The position numbers were made by a program, and so were the translations under genes. A stretch of DNA of 64,000 nucleotides from an uncultured Anaerobiospirillum sp. (GTDB lineage Bacteria > Pseudomonadota > Gammaproteobacteria > Enterobacterales > Succinivibrionaceae), in contig CALXYZ010000001.1 of NCBI GenBank assembly GCA_944393075.1, positions 6,610 to 70,609 of the forward strand, written 5' to 3'. The notes under the pieces were generated by a model. It had not been told where the DNA came from. It did not search any database and saw nothing but the letters and a program-made list of their open reading frames with translations. Positions 1 to 10,554 of this stretch are shown in pieces (position 1 is the first letter of the stretch; the number at the start of each line of letters is the position of its first letter).

Positions 1-321
1 GATCTTCTTGGTGATTAAGCGGGCCTTTAAGAGGCTAGCCATATCAACGACGTCACCCTCAATGCGGTTTAAGTCGTTTAAGAGAACTTCAGCGGTAAGA
101 TCCGACTTTGGCGAATAGAAGCCAAACTTTGGTAAACGGATCTTTAATGGCATCTGACCGCCTTCGAAACCTGGGCGGACGTTAGGGCTCTTACGAGCAC
201 CAGAACCTTTGATACCGCGACCGCAGGTCTTACCTAAGCCAGAGCCAATACCACGGCCAACGCGAACGTGCTTTGGACGGGAGCCAGCAGCAGGCTTCAG
301 AGTATTAAGACGCATTTCCAT
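1..321 (-). CDS. rplO: 50S ribosomal protein L15, N-terminal part (3' end lies beyond the left window edge)
   Basis: Minus-strand reading from ATG at 321-319 gives [39 protein letters not shown]..., an L15 N-terminus. A second in-frame ATG at 315-313 gives the usual MRLNTL start. It lies directly after rpmD, as in spc operons. Confidence 0.9.
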   Translation of the reverse strand, partial: MEMRLNTLKPAAGSRPKHVRVGRGIGSGLGKTCGRGIKGSGARKSPNVRPGFEGGQMPLKIRLPKFGFYSPKSDLTAEVLLNDLNRIEGDVVDMASLLKARLITKKI

Positions 322-324
322 GGA

Positions 325-510
325 TTACTCCTCCACCTTGATCATGTAGCTGACCTTGTTGATCATGCCACGAACCGATGGAGTATCTTCTAACTCCACA
401 GTGTGACGGATGCGACGTAAGCCCAAGCCACGGATAGTAGCAACGTGATCTGGCTTGCGGCCAATGATGCTACGCACTTGGGTAACTTTGATGGTTTTCT
501 TCTCGGCCAT
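325..510 (-). CDS. rpmD: 50S ribosomal protein L30
   Basis: 61 aa; [30 protein letters not shown] is L30-like; lies between rpsE and rplO. Confidence 0.97.
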   Translation of the reverse strand: MAEKKTIKVTQVRSIIGRKPDHVATIRGLGLRRIRHTVELEDTPSVRGMINKVSYMIKVEE

Positions 511-513
511 TTC

Positions 514-1020
514 TTACTCCAAGATTTCCTGAACGCTGAGACCGCGCTTAGCGGCGATCTGCTCTGGAGTACGCTGCGAAGCTAAAGCAGCAACGGTAGC
601 ACGAACCACATTGATTGGGTTGGTGGAACCGTAGGTCTTAGCTAAGACGTTGCGAACACCAGCAACCTCTAACACTGCGCGCATAGCACCGCCGGCAATA
701 ATACCGGAACCTTCAGAGGCTGGTTGCATATAAACCATAGAGCCCGAGTGCTCACCCTTCACAGCGTGGAATAAGGTGCCATCATTTAAGGAGATGTCCT
801 TATTAATGTTGCGACGGGCTTGCTCAATAGCCTTTTGAATAGCGGCAGGAACCTCAGAGGCCTTGCCATAGCCATAACCAACGTGGCCGTTACCATCACC
901 AACGACAGTTAAAGCAGTGAACGAGAAAATACGACCACCCTTAACCACCTTAGCGACGCGATTGACAGCGACTAACTTCTCTTGAAGCTCGCCAGCTTGA
1001 GTTTCATCTTTGTGCTGCAT
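514..1020 (-). CDS. rpsE: 30S ribosomal protein S5
   Basis: 168 aa; [53 protein letters not shown] matches S5; spc-operon order. Confidence 0.97.
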   Translation of the reverse strand: MQHKDETQAGELQEKLVAVNRVAKVVKGGRIFSFTALTVVGDGNGHVGYGYGKASEVPAAIQKAIEQARRNINKDISLNDGTLFHAVKGEHSGSMVYMQPASEGSGIIAGGAMRAVLEVAGVRNVLAKTYGSTNPINVVRATVAALASQRTPEQIAAKRGLSVQEILE

Positions 1021-1032
1021 TTAAGTACACTC

Positions 1033-1386
1033 CTAGAACTTGAGGCCAGCTTCACGAGCAGCATCAGCCAGAGCTGCAACACGGCCGTGATACTTGTAAC
1101 CGGAACGGTCGAAAGCGACGGTAGTAACCTGAGCGGCTAAAGCACGCTCTGCCACGGTCTTACCGATAAGCTTGGCAGCCTCGATATTGCCGGTGTACTT
1201 AATGTCCTTGATTAAGTCCTTCTCTAAGGTGCTAGCGCAAGCTAAGACGTGGCTGTCCTTGTCGATGATCTGAGCGTAGATATGACGAGGAGTACGGGTA
1301 ACGACGAGGCGGGTGACACCGAGCTCGTGCATCTTAGCGCGGGACTTCGTAGCACGACGAATGCGCGATTGCTTCTTATCCAACAT
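1033..1386 (-). CDS. rplR: 50S ribosomal protein L18
   Basis: 117 aa; [12 protein letters not shown]...[14 protein letters not shown]...[22 protein letters not shown] matches L18. Confidence 0.97.
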   Translation of the reverse strand: MLDKKQSRIRRATKSRAKMHELGVTRLVVTRTPRHIYAQIIDKDSHVLACASTLEKDLIKDIKYTGNIEAAKLIGKTVAERALAAQVTTVAFDRSGYKYHGRVAALADAAREAGLKF

Positions 1387-1401
1387 GGTATTACCTCAAT
1401 C

Positions 1402-1935
1402 CTACTTCTTCTTAGCTTCCTTGATACGCACCACTTCATCAGAGTAGCGGATACCCTTGCCCTTGTAAGGCTCAGGAGCGCGGTAAGCGCGGATATCAGC
1501 AGCAACCTGACCTAAAAGTGCCTTATCAAAGCCCTTTAAGACGATTTCGGTCTGGCTTGGAGTCTCGCAGGTGATACCCTCTGGTAGCACGTGCTCAACT
1601 GGGTGAGAGAAGCCTAAAGCTAAGTTTAAGACGTTGCCCTTAGCCTGAGCACGGAAACCCACGCCCACTAAGGTTAACTTCTTCTCGTAGCCCTTGTCTA
1701 AACCGACAACCATGTTGTGCAATAAGGCACGGGTAGTACCAGATTGCATGTTAGCCTCAGCAGAGTCGTCCACCACCTTCACATGCAGAGCATTGTCGGT
1801 GAAGTCAACCTTTACCTTTGGGTGGAGAGGTAACTGCAGTTGGCCCTTCTTAGACTTAATAGTGATTAATTGGCCGTCGATGGAGACCTCGACGCCTTGA
1901 GGAACAAACACTGGTTCCTTAGCAATACGTGACAT
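1402..1935 (-). CDS. rplF: 50S ribosomal protein L6
   Basis: 177 aa; [31 protein letters not shown] and C-terminal [13 protein letters not shown] match L6. Confidence 0.97.
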   Translation of the reverse strand: MSRIAKEPVFVPQGVEVSIDGQLITIKSKKGQLQLPLHPKVKVDFTDNALHVKVVDDSAEANMQSGTTRALLHNMVVGLDKGYEKKLTLVGVGFRAQAKGNVLNLALGFSHPVEHVLPEGITCETPSQTEIVLKGFDKALLGQVAADIRAYRAPEPYKGKGIRYSDEVVRIKEAKKK

Positions 1936-1944
1936 GTCCCCTCC

Positions 1945-2337
1945 TTATGCGACGTAGCAGATAACTTCGCCGCCTAAACCGTCCTTACGGGCGGCACGGT
2001 CAGTCATCAGACCCTTTGAGGTCGAGATAACCGCAATACCTAAGCCATTCATGATACGTGGCAGGTCGCGGCACTTCTTGTAGATGCGCAGGCCAGGACG
2101 AGATACGCGCTCAATCATCTCAACGACAGGCTTGCCCTCGTAGTACTTGAGGCCGATCTCTAAAATCTTCTTGGTGTCACCAGTGACATTCACAGAAGCG
2201 ATATAACCCTCTTTTAACAGAAGATTAGCGATTGCTAACTTCTGCTTGGAGGAAGGCATGGACACCATAACCTTGCCAGAAGCTTGGCCGTTACGGATGC
2301 GGGTCAGCAAATCCGCGATAGGATCTTGCATGCTCAT
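1945..2337 (-). CDS. rpsH: 30S ribosomal protein S8
   Basis: 130 aa; [18 protein letters not shown] and C-terminal [11 protein letters not shown] match S8. Confidence 0.97.
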   Translation of the reverse strand: MSMQDPIADLLTRIRNGQASGKVMVSMPSSKQKLAIANLLLKEGYIASVNVTGDTKKILEIGLKYYEGKPVVEMIERVSRPGLRIYKKCRDLPRIMNGLGIAVISTSKGLMTDRAARKDGLGGEVICYVA

Positions 2338-2351
2338 CAGTCTCTCTCCTC

Positions 2352-2657
2352 TTACCAGCTTGCCTTGTGGAGGCCAGGAATCTCACCGCGCATCATGTGC
2401 TCACGGAGCTTGATACGGCATAAGCCGAACTTGCGCAGGTAACCATGTGGACGGCCAGTCTCAGCGCAACGATTGCGTTGACGGCATGGGCTAGAATCGC
2501 GTGGCAGGGCAGCTAAGGCCTGCACAGCAGCGAAACGCTCTTCATCAGAAAGAGAGGTGTTAGAAATCTTTTGCTTGAGCTCTTGGCGCTTTGCAAAGTA
2601 CTTGTCAGCAAGGCGCTGTCTCTTGAGCTCACGGTTCTTCATAGAAGTCTTAGCCAT
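2352..2657 (-). CDS. rpsN: 30S ribosomal protein S14
   Basis: 101 aa; [34 protein letters not shown] is the S14 C-terminus. Confidence 0.97.
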   Translation of the reverse strand: MAKTSMKNRELKRQRLADKYFAKRQELKQKISNTSLSDEERFAAVQALAALPRDSSPCRQRNRCAETGRPHGYLRKFGLCRIKLREHMMRGEIPGLHKASW

Positions 2658-2673
2658 GATAGGTTCGTCCTGA

Positions 2674-3222
2674 TTACTTAGCCTGAGTGCGGAATGGGAA
2701 CTTGAAAGCCTCTAATAAGGCACGTCCCTCTTCATCAGTCTTAGCGGTGGTGGTGATGGTGATATCGAGGCCACGAATGGTGTCGACCTTGTCGTAATCG
2801 ATCTCTGGGAAGATGATCTGCTCACGAACACCCATCGAGTAGTTACCACGGCCATCGAAAGACTTCGATGATAAACCACGGAAGTCACGGATACGTGGGA
2901 TAGCGATCACGATTAAACGCTCTAAGAACTCCCACATACGCTCGCCGCGTAAAGTGACCTTACAGCCAATTGGATAGCCTTCACGAATGTGGAAGCCTGC
3001 CACCGACTTGCGAACCTTGGTGATTAATGGCTTCTGGCCAGAGATGGCAGCCATATCGCGTGCAGCATTCTCTAAGACTTTCTTGTCTGCTACAGCCTCA
3101 CCGACACCCATGTTGAGGGTGATCTTCACAATCCGAGGGACTTGCATGACTGTTTGGTAACCAAACTTCTCAGTTAAAGCTTTGATTACTTCCTGCTTGT
3201 ATTGATCATGCAGTTTCGCCAT
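2674..3222 (-). CDS. rplE: 50S ribosomal protein L5
   Basis: 182 aa; [12 protein letters not shown]...[19 protein letters not shown] matches L5. Confidence 0.97.
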   Translation of the reverse strand: MAKLHDQYKQEVIKALTEKFGYQTVMQVPRIVKITLNMGVGEAVADKKVLENAARDMAAISGQKPLITKVRKSVAGFHIREGYPIGCKVTLRGERMWEFLERLIVIAIPRIRDFRGLSSKSFDGRGNYSMGVREQIIFPEIDYDKVDTIRGLDITITTTAKTDEEGRALLEAFKFPFRTQAK

Positions 3223-3269
3223 CGTTATTACTCCTGAATAAAACTGCTATTAAGTGCTAAGAGCTTAAA

Positions 3270-3599
3270 TTAAGCCTTATTATTTGGAACGATTTCGTTG
3301 GTGGACTTGAAGAAGCGAACCTTCTTACCGTTCTCAAAGCGGAAACCAATCTTGTCTGCGCGGTTGCTGCTTTGGTTTAAGATAGCAACGTTAGAGACGT
3401 GAATTGGGGCTTCCATTTCGATGATGCCACCTTCAACACCAGCAGATGGATTTGGCTTGGTGTGCTTCTTAACCTTGTTAACGCCGGAGACGATAACCTT
3501 GTTCTCTTTGGTGAGCACCTTGGTGACAGTACCGGTTTGGCCCTTGCTCTTGCCGGTAATCACGATAACTTCATCATTCTGGCGGATTTTCGCTGCCAT
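3270..3599 (-). CDS. rplX: 50S ribosomal protein L24
   Basis: 109 aa; [25 protein letters not shown] (KOW motif) matches L24. Confidence 0.96.
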   Translation of the reverse strand: MAAKIRQNDEVIVITGKSKGQTGTVTKVLTKENKVIVSGVNKVKKHTKPNPSAGVEGGIIEMEAPIHVSNVAILNQSSNRADKIGFRFENGKKVRFFKSTNEIVPNNKA

Positions 3600-3616
3600 G
3601 TTGATACCCCTTAGAA

Positions 3617-3985
3617 CTAGAGTACTTCTGGAGCTAAAGACACGATCTTCATGAACTGCTCACCGCGAAGCTCACGAGTGACAGGTCCGAAAATACGAGT
3701 GCCAATAGGCTCGTGCTGACCGTTTAATAAAACAGCAGCATTGCTATCAAAGCGAATGACAGAACCGTCAGCGCGACGCACGCCTTTCTTGGTGCGCACT
3801 ACAACAGCGTCAACAACATCGCCCTTCTTGACCTTGCCGCGTGGGATTGCTTCCTTGACGGACACCTTGATGATGTCGCCAATAGCAGCATAACGGCGAT
3901 GAGATCCACCGAGGACCTTAATGCACATTACGCTACGTGCACCCGAGTTGTCAGCAACGTCGAGCATACTTTGCATCTGGATCAT
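3617..3985 (-). CDS. rplN: 50S ribosomal protein L14
   Basis: 122 aa; [41 protein letters not shown] matches L14; first gene of the spc block. Confidence 0.97.
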   Translation of the reverse strand: MIQMQSMLDVADNSGARSVMCIKVLGGSHRRYAAIGDIIKVSVKEAIPRGKVKKGDVVDAVVVRTKKGVRRADGSVIRFDSNAAVLLNGQHEPIGTRIFGPVTRELRGEQFMKIVSLAPEVL

Positions 3986-4120
3986 TTAAATAATGCTCCA
4001 AGGTAAATAAAACAAAACCTACCCTGCCATACAAGTTAAGCATTTTGCGCTCTCAAAGCCGCTTAACCAGTGGCTTATACGCGCTTAACTTAACCATTGC
4101 AATCAGGCAAAGGGCGCTGA

Positions 4121-4149
4121 ATGATACCATGAAATCACAGTCTTCGCAA
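4121..4149 (-). promoter_or_regulatory. Candidate sigma70 promoter for the detached spc operon
   Basis: Minus strand reads TTGCGA-N17-TATCAT (-35 at 4149-4144, -10 at 4126-4121), about 135 nt upstream of the rplN ATG and downstream of the terminator-like hairpin at 4226-4271. Confidence 0.4.
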
Positions 4150-4225
4150 GTTTTTGCGATTCATCTCGCATTTTCTGCAACTAGCCCGCGACTATCTCAA
4201 ACTACTGTGGCCCACTATCAGCTGT

Positions 4226-4271
4226 CTAAAAACGACGCGCGCAAGTTACCTCAGTAAAGATAACTTGCGCG
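4226..4271 (-). terminator. Rho-independent terminator candidate after the GT-D gene
   Basis: Perfect 11-bp stem CGCGCAAGTTA / TAACTTGCGCG (4238-4248 with 4261-4271) and a 12-nt loop. On the minus strand it is followed by CGTCGTTTTT. Confidence 0.5.
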
Positions 4272-4329
4272 ACGTAATGAAATGGAAGACTCTAATACAG
4301 CTTTGGTGCCGACAAAAGACTATTTCTGG

Positions 4330-5253
4330 CTAGTCCTTGTCATAGAACTTAGTAATTTCCTTTGAGGACAAACCTTCTTTTAAGCGCCACGAGTTGTAGT
4401 CCTTAGCAAGATGGCCAATGTCAATAGCACGATGACCTGCTTTAGCCAAGCGATAAGCAAGACAAGTTGCAGTTTGACCGAGGATTATGAACTTAGTCTT
4501 ACTAGGATCAGTCCGTAGAGCTTGTTCTACTAACGAGTCAATCTTGTCATAAGCGTTAGTGCGCGGGCCGTAAATGTACTCAATGCTACGAGCACTATCA
4601 AAGCAGTTGTACTTGATCTTATTGAAGACCGTTTTGCCGCAGATCATGACGATATCTTTGCCTTCCCACAACTTGCCAATGTGCTTAAAGTACTCCTCAT
4701 AATCAATATCGACGAGGAGGTGATAAGGCATTGAAATGTTGGTGTCGTAGTAAACGCAGGACTTATCTAAATAAGGTTGCAACCATCCTCTTAAACGAGC
4801 ACTGGTAGAGCGATAGAACAATCGTTGGTGATCATTGATTCCCTGCAGAGAGTTATATGCATGGTATGGCACCGCAACCCTAAGATTAGGGAGCTTAGAA
4901 GCAGCTACTTCCTTAAGCTCTGCGATAATGGCACTATCAGCATCTTGGAACACACCATTTTCGCTATTTGCCATCATTGCAATTTCACCATCCCCGAAAC
5001 GCGCAAGGCTTAGCGTATCGTTTTCAAGAAGAGCATTAACAGTGTCATAAGAATTGAAAACCTTAGGAGCAAGATCTTTCATCAAACCCTTTTCCCAAGC
5101 TTGATTGTCAATCATGTCAGACACTAACTGCAGCATCTTATACTGATGCTCTTCATTACATGCAGAATCAATGCTTCTGATGTTGTAGCGGCATAGATAC
5201 TTGAGATTGCGAAAAAACAACTCGATACCATGCACAAATGGGATATGAGCCAT
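4330..5253 (-). CDS. DUF1792 / GT-D-type glycosyltransferase
   Basis: 307 aa; SLARFGDGEIAMM followed by VFQDADSAIIAELKEV resembles the N-terminal signature of DUF1792 (GT-D fold) sugar transferases. Co-oriented with the GT25 gene 56 bp upstream. Visibly more A+T-rich than the neighbouring ribosomal genes. Confidence 0.6.
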   Translation of the reverse strand: MAHIPFVHGIELFFRNLKYLCRYNIRSIDSACNEEHQYKMLQLVSDMIDNQAWEKGLMKDLAPKVFNSYDTVNALLENDTLSLARFGDGEIAMMANSENGVFQDADSAIIAELKEVAASKLPNLRVAVPYHAYNSLQGINDHQRLFYRSTSARLRGWLQPYLDKSCVYYDTNISMPYHLLVDIDYEEYFKHIGKLWEGKDIVMICGKTVFNKIKYNCFDSARSIEYIYGPRTNAYDKIDSLVEQALRTDPSKTKFIILGQTATCLAYRLAKAGHRAIDIGHLAKDYNSWRLKEGLSSKEITKFYDKD

Positions 5254-5309
5254 TTCAATAAATCCTATTGCGATCCAACTAACCTATCTTCCACACTGCG
5301 CAAAAAACA

Positions 5310-6059
5310 CTAACGCATGCGATGAAGCGGACGCGCATCACCTGTGCCATCAATATCAGAAGCAAACGCATTACAAATGACAAGCTTGTCTTGGGGATGG
5401 CATGTATATAGGCGCAAGCCGTTGTAAGCGATTAATCCTGTTAAATAATCAGCAGGCATTCTTACTGGATACCCTAAGTCAATCAGTCGCTGGCAGGCCT
5501 TTCGGTTAATAAGAAAACATGAAAGCAAGAAAGACATTCGGCGACGGTTAAATATAGGATTTAATCCCCTCATGCCTTCAGGAAACATAGAGAACTCAGA
5601 AGTAAGTTTGATTGGTTTGCTCCAGAAAAAGCTACGAATACCATTCAAATGAGCAAACTGAACCAAATCCCATTTATCACTATGCTTAATAACCTCCGCT
5701 AACACTGCCGCAAAGTCAGGCTTTAGCAGAGCATCGTCCTCTAATACCAATGCATAATCCAGATTGCGATCGAGAATCTCTTGGTACAGACGCAAATGCG
5801 AAAAAGCGCATCCAACTTCAGCAGGCGAGAGCTTATCGCCCATCACCACACTGCGGCCTAGTGGCAAGCTAATCTTTACCTCATCTGCAATAGCGAGCTT
5901 AGACTTGATCTCAGGATGCTCATCTAAATGCGCCATAACTTCACGGCCGTTTGTAGCTTCAAAAACCTCTGGCTCTAGCTCTGCTTCTTGGCATGTCTTA
6001 ATGCAAGCTTCACGGCGCTCACTGCTCTTAGGCAGATTAATGATAAAGGTTGGAACCAT
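5310..6059 (-). CDS. Glycosyltransferase family 25 (LOS/LPS core glycosyltransferase, Lic2B/LpsA-like)
   Basis: ORF is open to 6074 (TTG). The ATG at 6059 gives MVPTFIINLPKSSERREACIK, the typical GT25 N-terminus, and aligns with the start of the paralogue at 27039. LEDDALL acidic motif present. Confidence 0.8.
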   Translation of the reverse strand: MVPTFIINLPKSSERREACIKTCQEAELEPEVFEATNGREVMAHLDEHPEIKSKLAIADEVKISLPLGRSVVMGDKLSPAEVGCAFSHLRLYQEILDRNLDYALVLEDDALLKPDFAAVLAEVIKHSDKWDLVQFAHLNGIRSFFWSKPIKLTSEFSMFPEGMRGLNPIFNRRRMSFLLSCFLINRKACQRLIDLGYPVRMPADYLTGLIAYNGLRLYTCHPQDKLVICNAFASDIDGTGDARPLHRMR

Positions 6060-6271
6060 ACAACACACTTGCAAGCGCTAATAGCGCTACAGCCCCCATG
6101 AGATCGATCAATAAATCGAAGTAACAAGCAGATAACGAGCAATCGTGCACAACACCACCTTACTCATATCAACCTTATTGATAAGAGTTGAAAGCATAAG
6201 GTTCAGGCTCTGGCTCTGGCCAAGGCCCAATGCTCCTACCATGTACTTCACTGACTTGCACTATGCTATAG

Positions 6272-6325
6272 AAAAAAACAAAGGCCCTTAGAGCATAGCA
6301 CATACATACCAAACTCTAAGAGCCT
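6272..6325 (-). terminator. Terminator-like hairpin after rpsQ
   Basis: Arms GGCCCTTAGAG (6283-6293) and CTCTAAGAGCC (6315-6325) pair with one mismatch. On the minus strand the stem is followed by TTTGTTTTTTT. Confidence 0.45.
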
Positions 6326-6409
6326 TTATTGTTTATTGAGACTCAGATACCGTCATTTAACGTGGCTGTTTCTGAGTCATCTCATAGCTTATTAGCTAAT
6401 GAGTTGTGC

Positions 6410-6679
6410 TTATTCAGCCTTCTCGACCACAGAGACTAAAGTCCAAGCAATGGTCTTAGCAACTGGACGGCACTCCTTGATCTCGACTAAGTCGCCCTTG
6501 CGAGCAGCATTCTCGACATCTTGGACGTGGAACTTGGTGGTACGCTTTAAGATCTTGCCGTAGATTGGGTGCTTAACGCGACGCTCAACAGCAACCACAC
6601 AAGCCTTTTGCATCTTATCGCTAACAACGCGACCGCGGAGGGTGCGTGCTACCTTTTGAGTGTTCTGAGTATCAGACAT
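6410..6679 (-). CDS. rpsQ: 30S ribosomal protein S17
   Basis: 89 aa; [31 protein letters not shown] matches S17; last gene of the S10 block. Confidence 0.97.
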   Translation of the reverse strand: MSDTQNTQKVARTLRGRVVSDKMQKACVVAVERRVKHPIYGKILKRTTKFHVQDVENAARKGDLVEIKECRPVAKTIAWTLVSVVEKAE

Positions 6680-6691
6680 TTAGCACTACCT

Positions 6692-6895
6692 CTATTGAGC
6701 GCTAGCAGCGCGAAGCTTTTCGGACAATAAGGTGTTCACACGAGCGATGTCACGACGCACAAGACGTAAACGATCAGTGTTTTGTAACTGATTCATCTTG
6801 TGTTGGAAACGCAGGTTGAACTGCTCGCGTTGAAGATTCTTAAGCTCTGCCTTAAGCTCTTCAGCGGACATAGAAATGAACTTGCTAGCACTCAT
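6692..6895 (-). CDS. rpmC: 50S ribosomal protein L29
   Basis: 67 aa; ELKAELKNLQREQFNLRFQ matches L29; 1-nt overlap with the rplP stop. Confidence 0.95.
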   Translation of the reverse strand: MSASKFISMSAEELKAELKNLQREQFNLRFQHKMNQLQNTDRLRLVRRDIARVNTLLSEKLRAASAQ

Positions 6896-7308
6896 TAGAT
6901 CACCGCCTTACGAACGAAAGTAGTGGTAACTGATAACTTAGCAGCTGCTAAGCGGAAAGCCTCACGAGCAACCTCTTCAGGAATACCACTGATCTCAAAG
7001 AGCACCTTACCAGGTTGAATTGGGCAAACCCAATACTCAACGGTACCCTTACCCTTACCCATACGAACACCGAGAGCCTTCTGGGTGATTGGCTTGTCTG
7101 GGAACACACGGATCCAAACCTTACCAACACGCTTCATCTCACGGGTGAAAGCACGACGGGCAGCCTCAATCTCACGGGCAGTGATCTGACCACGAGAAGT
7201 AGCCTTTAAACCGTACTCGCCGAAGGATACTTCGCTACCTGCGTAGGCTAAGCCCTCGTTACGACCCTTTTGGGTCTTGCGGTACTTTGTACGCTTTGGT
7301 TGTAACAT
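6895..7308 (-). CDS. rplP: 50S ribosomal protein L16
   Basis: 137 aa; [21 protein letters not shown]...[10 protein letters not shown] matches L16. Confidence 0.97.
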   Translation of the reverse strand: MLQPKRTKYRKTQKGRNEGLAYAGSEVSFGEYGLKATSRGQITAREIEAARRAFTREMKRVGKVWIRVFPDKPITQKALGVRMGKGKGTVEYWVCPIQPGKVLFEISGIPEEVAREAFRLAAAKLSVTTTFVRKAVI

Positions 7309-7323
7309 CTACTCTATCCTCCG

Positions 7324-8139
7324 TTACTCAGCAGCGGCTGGAGCAGCTGCGGCAGCTGGGGCCTCAGAGCCAGCTGGCTTCTTTTGGCCTTGCGCACGAT
7401 CAGAGCGGCCACCACGGCGGTTGTTGCGTGGACCATTGTCATTACGACGGCGGCCCTTGCGATCAGCTGGAGCATTACGCTCTTCAGTCTCTTCTTGGTT
7501 GAGAGGTAATTGACCTAAAACCTCACCCTTGAAGATCCAGACCTTAACACCGATCACACCGTAGGTGGTAACAGCCTCAGATAAGGCGTAGTCGATGTCA
7601 GCACGTAAGGTGTGCAGAGGCACGCGGCCTTCACGCAACCACTCGGAACGAGCGATTTCAGCACCACCTAAACGGCCAGAGACTTCGACCTTGATACCCT
7701 TGGCACCAACACGCATTGCGTTTTGGATAGCCTTCTTCATGGCGCGGCGGAACATGACGCGGCGCTCTAACTGAGAAGCGATAGAGTCGGCGACTAACTT
7801 AGCGTCGAGATCAGGCTTACGAACCTCGCTGATGTTAACCTGAGCAGGAACACCGGCGATCTCGGTAATCTTCTTGCGAAGCTTCTCAACGTCTTCGCCC
7901 TTCTTGCCAATGACGATACCAGGACGAGCAGTGTGAATGGTCACACGGATGCTCTTAGCTGGACGGTCGATGACAATCTTGGATACAGAGGCGTTCTTGA
8001 GCTCTTCAGTTAAGTACTTACGAACTTCAAAATCGCTCTTGATATTAGCTGGGAAATTAGCGGTTGATGCGTACCAGACCGAAGCGTAAGGCTTAGTGAT
8101 ACCAAGTCTTATTCCGATCGGATTAACCTTCTGACCCAT
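7324..8139 (-). CDS. rpsC: 30S ribosomal protein S3 with extended Arg/Gly then Ala/Pro C-terminal tail
   Basis: 271 aa; [24 protein letters not shown] and the KH-domain region match S3. After GEVLGQ there is a 58-aa low-complexity tail ending [17 protein letters not shown]. Confidence 0.96.
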   Translation of the reverse strand: MGQKVNPIGIRLGITKPYASVWYASTANFPANIKSDFEVRKYLTEELKNASVSKIVIDRPAKSIRVTIHTARPGIVIGKKGEDVEKLRKKITEIAGVPAQVNISEVRKPDLDAKLVADSIASQLERRVMFRRAMKKAIQNAMRVGAKGIKVEVSGRLGGAEIARSEWLREGRVPLHTLRADIDYALSEAVTTYGVIGVKVWIFKGEVLGQLPLNQEETEERNAPADRKGRRRNDNGPRNNRRGGRSDRAQGQKKPAGSEAPAAAAAPAAAE

Positions 8140-8151
8140 CTTAAGCTCCTG

Positions 8152-8490
8152 TTAACGCTCGGCAACGTAAATGGTAATGTGAGAGGTTCTCTTCACGATA
8201 CGGTCTGCACGGCCTTTAGCACGTGGCATAACACGCTTTAATGATGGACCCTCGTCGATCATGATCTTAGAAACAACTAAGTTAGAAGAATCTAAACCCT
8301 CGTTGTTCTCGGCATTAGCAATAGCAGAGTTTAAGACCTGACCAATTAAGGCTGCAGCCTTACGTGGGCTGAACTTTAAGAGGTTGACGGCCTGCTCAAC
8401 TGGCATACCGCGGATCTGATCGGCAACTAAACGAGCCTTTTGGGCCGAAGTACGGGCAAAGCGATGTACGGCCTTAACTTCGTTACTCAT
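8152..8490 (-). CDS. rplV: 50S ribosomal protein L22
   Basis: 112 aa; [35 protein letters not shown] matches L22. Confidence 0.97.
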   Translation of the reverse strand: MSNEVKAVHRFARTSAQKARLVADQIRGMPVEQAVNLLKFSPRKAAALIGQVLNSAIANAENNEGLDSSNLVVSKIMIDEGPSLKRVMPRAKGRADRIVKRTSHITIYVAER

Positions 8491-8501
8491 GCACTTTACT
8501 C

Positions 8502-8777
8502 CTACTTACCCTTCTTGTCCGTAGCAGCGTGGCCACGGAAAGTACGTGTTGGGGCGAACTCACCCAGCTTGTGACCAACCATTTCATCGGACACGTAGAC
8601 AGGAACGTGCTGACGGCCATTGTGCACAGCAATCGTCATACCGATCATGGCAGGAATAATCATTGAACGGCGCGACCAGGTCTTGATTGGCTTCTTATCA
8701 GTGCTAGCAGCTGCCTGTTCGACCTTCTTCAGTAAGTGCGCGTCAATAAACGGGCCTTTCTTTAAAGAACGTGGCAT
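8502..8777 (-). CDS. rpsS: 30S ribosomal protein S19
   Basis: 91 aa; [20 protein letters not shown]...[11 protein letters not shown] matches S19. Confidence 0.97.
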   Translation of the reverse strand: MPRSLKKGPFIDAHLLKKVEQAAASTDKKPIKTWSRRSMIIPAMIGMTIAVHNGRQHVPVYVSDEMVGHKLGEFAPTRTFRGHAATDKKGK

Positions 8778-8796
8778 GTTTCTTCCTCACTAACGA

Positions 8797-9612
8797 TTAA
8801 CGGTGACGAACAATGTACTTGTCAGTACGCTTGTTCTTACGGGTCTTGTAACCCTTGCATGGGGTACCCCATGGCGAACGAGGTTGAATGCCCTTGTTAC
8901 GGCCCTCACCACCACCGTGTGGGTGGTCGATTGGGTTCATGGACATACCGCGAACGGTAGGACGAACACCACGCCAACGGTTGGCACCAGCCTTACCTAA
9001 TTGACGAAGCATGTGCTCGCTGTTACCGACTTCACCGATAGTTGCACGGCCGTTAGCGAGAACGCGACGCATTTCACCAGAACGCATACGTAAGGTAACG
9101 TAGTCACCCTCACGAGCCAAGATCTGGCAGAAAGCACCAGCAGAACGAGCAAACTGAGCACCCTGACCTGGAACTAACTCCACAGCGTGGACGTTGGTAC
9201 CAACAGGGATGTTGCGCAGTGGTAAAGCGTTACCAACCTTGATTGGAGCGCTATCACCGCTCATGATCTTATCGCCAGCCTGTAAGCCCTTAGGAGCTAA
9301 GATGTAGCGACGCTCACCATCAGTGTAGAGCACTAATGCGATGTGAGCAGAACGGTTTGGATCGTACTCAAGACGCTCAACGCGACCCTCGATACCATCC
9401 TTCTGACGCTTGAAATCGATTAAACGATAGCGTTGCTTGTGACCACCACCGATATGACGGGTAGAGATGTGGCCGTAGTTATCACGACCGCCAGTCTTAC
9501 GCTTCTCCACCACTAACGATGGGCATGGACCGCCTTTCCACAAATCAGGATTCTTGATTTGAATCACATGGCGACGACCTGCGGAGGTAGGCTTAGTCTT
9601 GATGATAGCCAT
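8797..9612 (-). CDS. rplB: 50S ribosomal protein L2
   Basis: 271 aa; [25 protein letters not shown] and [13 protein letters not shown] match L2. Confidence 0.97.
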   Translation of the reverse strand: MAIIKTKPTSAGRRHVIQIKNPDLWKGGPCPSLVVEKRKTGGRDNYGHISTRHIGGGHKQRYRLIDFKRQKDGIEGRVERLEYDPNRSAHIALVLYTDGERRYILAPKGLQAGDKIMSGDSAPIKVGNALPLRNIPVGTNVHAVELVPGQGAQFARSAGAFCQILAREGDYVTLRMRSGEMRRVLANGRATIGEVGNSEHMLRQLGKAGANRWRGVRPTVRGMSMNPIDHPHGGGEGRNKGIQPRSPWGTPCKGYKTRKNKRTDKYIVRHR

Positions 9613-9926
9613 TAGTTGCTCTCCTTGTCAGCAGCCATAGAGCCAAAGTTTAACTTTTCACCTTCAGCTAAGGTAACGTAGGCCTTCTTCCAGTCAGAAC
9701 GAACACCCATACCGTGAGCAGAACGGCGCTTCTTACCTAACACGTTTAAGGTACGAACGGATGCAACCTTAACTTTGAAGATGGTCTCGACAGCTTGCTT
9801 GATCTCGTACTTGGTTGCGTCAGGTAATACCTTGAAGACAATGCAGTTGTTGCTATCAGCAACAATACTGCTCTTCTCAGTAAGAACTGGGGCGCGAAGG
9901 ATGTTCATTAAACGAGCGTACATCAT
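9612..9926 (-). CDS. rplW: 50S ribosomal protein L23
   Basis: 104 aa; [11 protein letters not shown]...[16 protein letters not shown] matches L23; overlaps the rplD stop and abuts rplB. Confidence 0.95.
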   Translation of the reverse strand: MMYARLMNILRAPVLTEKSSIVADSNNCIVFKVLPDATKYEIKQAVETIFKVKVASVRTLNVLGKKRRSAHGMGVRSDWKKAYVTLAEGEKLNFGSMAADKESN

Positions 9927-10537
9927 TTGGTGATATCCTCCTCAACCTTCTTGAGAGCAGCGGCGGTAATTAATACCTTGTCAAAGCCGACTAAGTTCAC
10001 TGGGTTGAACGAAGCGGTACCTGGCTGGCAGACTTCAACCTTGTACAGGTTGCGAGCAGCTAAGAACAGGTTCTCGTCGAAAGCCTCGGTCACAATTAAG
10101 ACCTGCTTTAACTCAAGATCCTTGAGCTTGTTGACTAAGGTCTTGGTCTTGCAGTTTTCGAGCTTTAAGTCCTCAACGACGACTAAGCGGTCTTGACGGA
10201 CTAACTCAGAAAGGATGCTGCTCATAGCAGCACGGTACATCTTACGATTGACCTTCTGGCTCCAGTCTTGTGGCTTGGCAGCGAAGATGGTGCCACCAGC
10301 ACGCCATAATGGAGAACGGGTAGAACCAGCGCGAGCGCGGCCAGTACCCTTTTGGCGGAAAGGCTTCTTACCGCCACCGGAAACCTCAGAACGGGTCTTT
10401 TGCGCTTTAGTTCCAGCGCGAGCAGTACTCAGGTAAGCAACAACTACCTGATGTACCAGCGCCTCATTGAACTCGCGACCAAAGGCACTTTCGGACACCT
10501 CTAGTGGCTTCTCAGCGCCAATCATCTTTAATTCCAT
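9923..10537 (-). CDS. rplD: 50S ribosomal protein L4
   Basis: 204 aa; [30 protein letters not shown] matches L4. Confidence 0.97.
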   Translation of the reverse strand: MELKMIGAEKPLEVSESAFGREFNEALVHQVVVAYLSTARAGTKAQKTRSEVSGGGKKPFRQKGTGRARAGSTRSPLWRAGGTIFAAKPQDWSQKVNRKMYRAAMSSILSELVRQDRLVVVEDLKLENCKTKTLVNKLKDLELKQVLIVTEAFDENLFLAARNLYKVEVCQPGTASFNPVNLVGFDKVLITAAALKKVEEDITK

Positions 10538-10554
10538 GATTCCTTTACCTCAGG

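Noticed and set aside
1242-1515. 87-88 aa ORFs on both strands overlapping rplR/rplF. Similar overlapping ORFs occur inside rplF, rplX, rplP, rpsC, rplB, rplD, rplC, rpoA, rpsK and others.
   Set aside because: They lie entirely within, or antisense to, strongly supported ribosomal and RNAP genes. Their composition (Ser/Leu/Arg/Thr-rich) is typical of out-of-frame translation, and they have no start context.
6225-6235. 11-nt match GCCCAATGCTC shared with 16068-16078.
   Set aside because: Many chance 11-mer matches are expected in 64 kb, and there is no extended flanking similarity.
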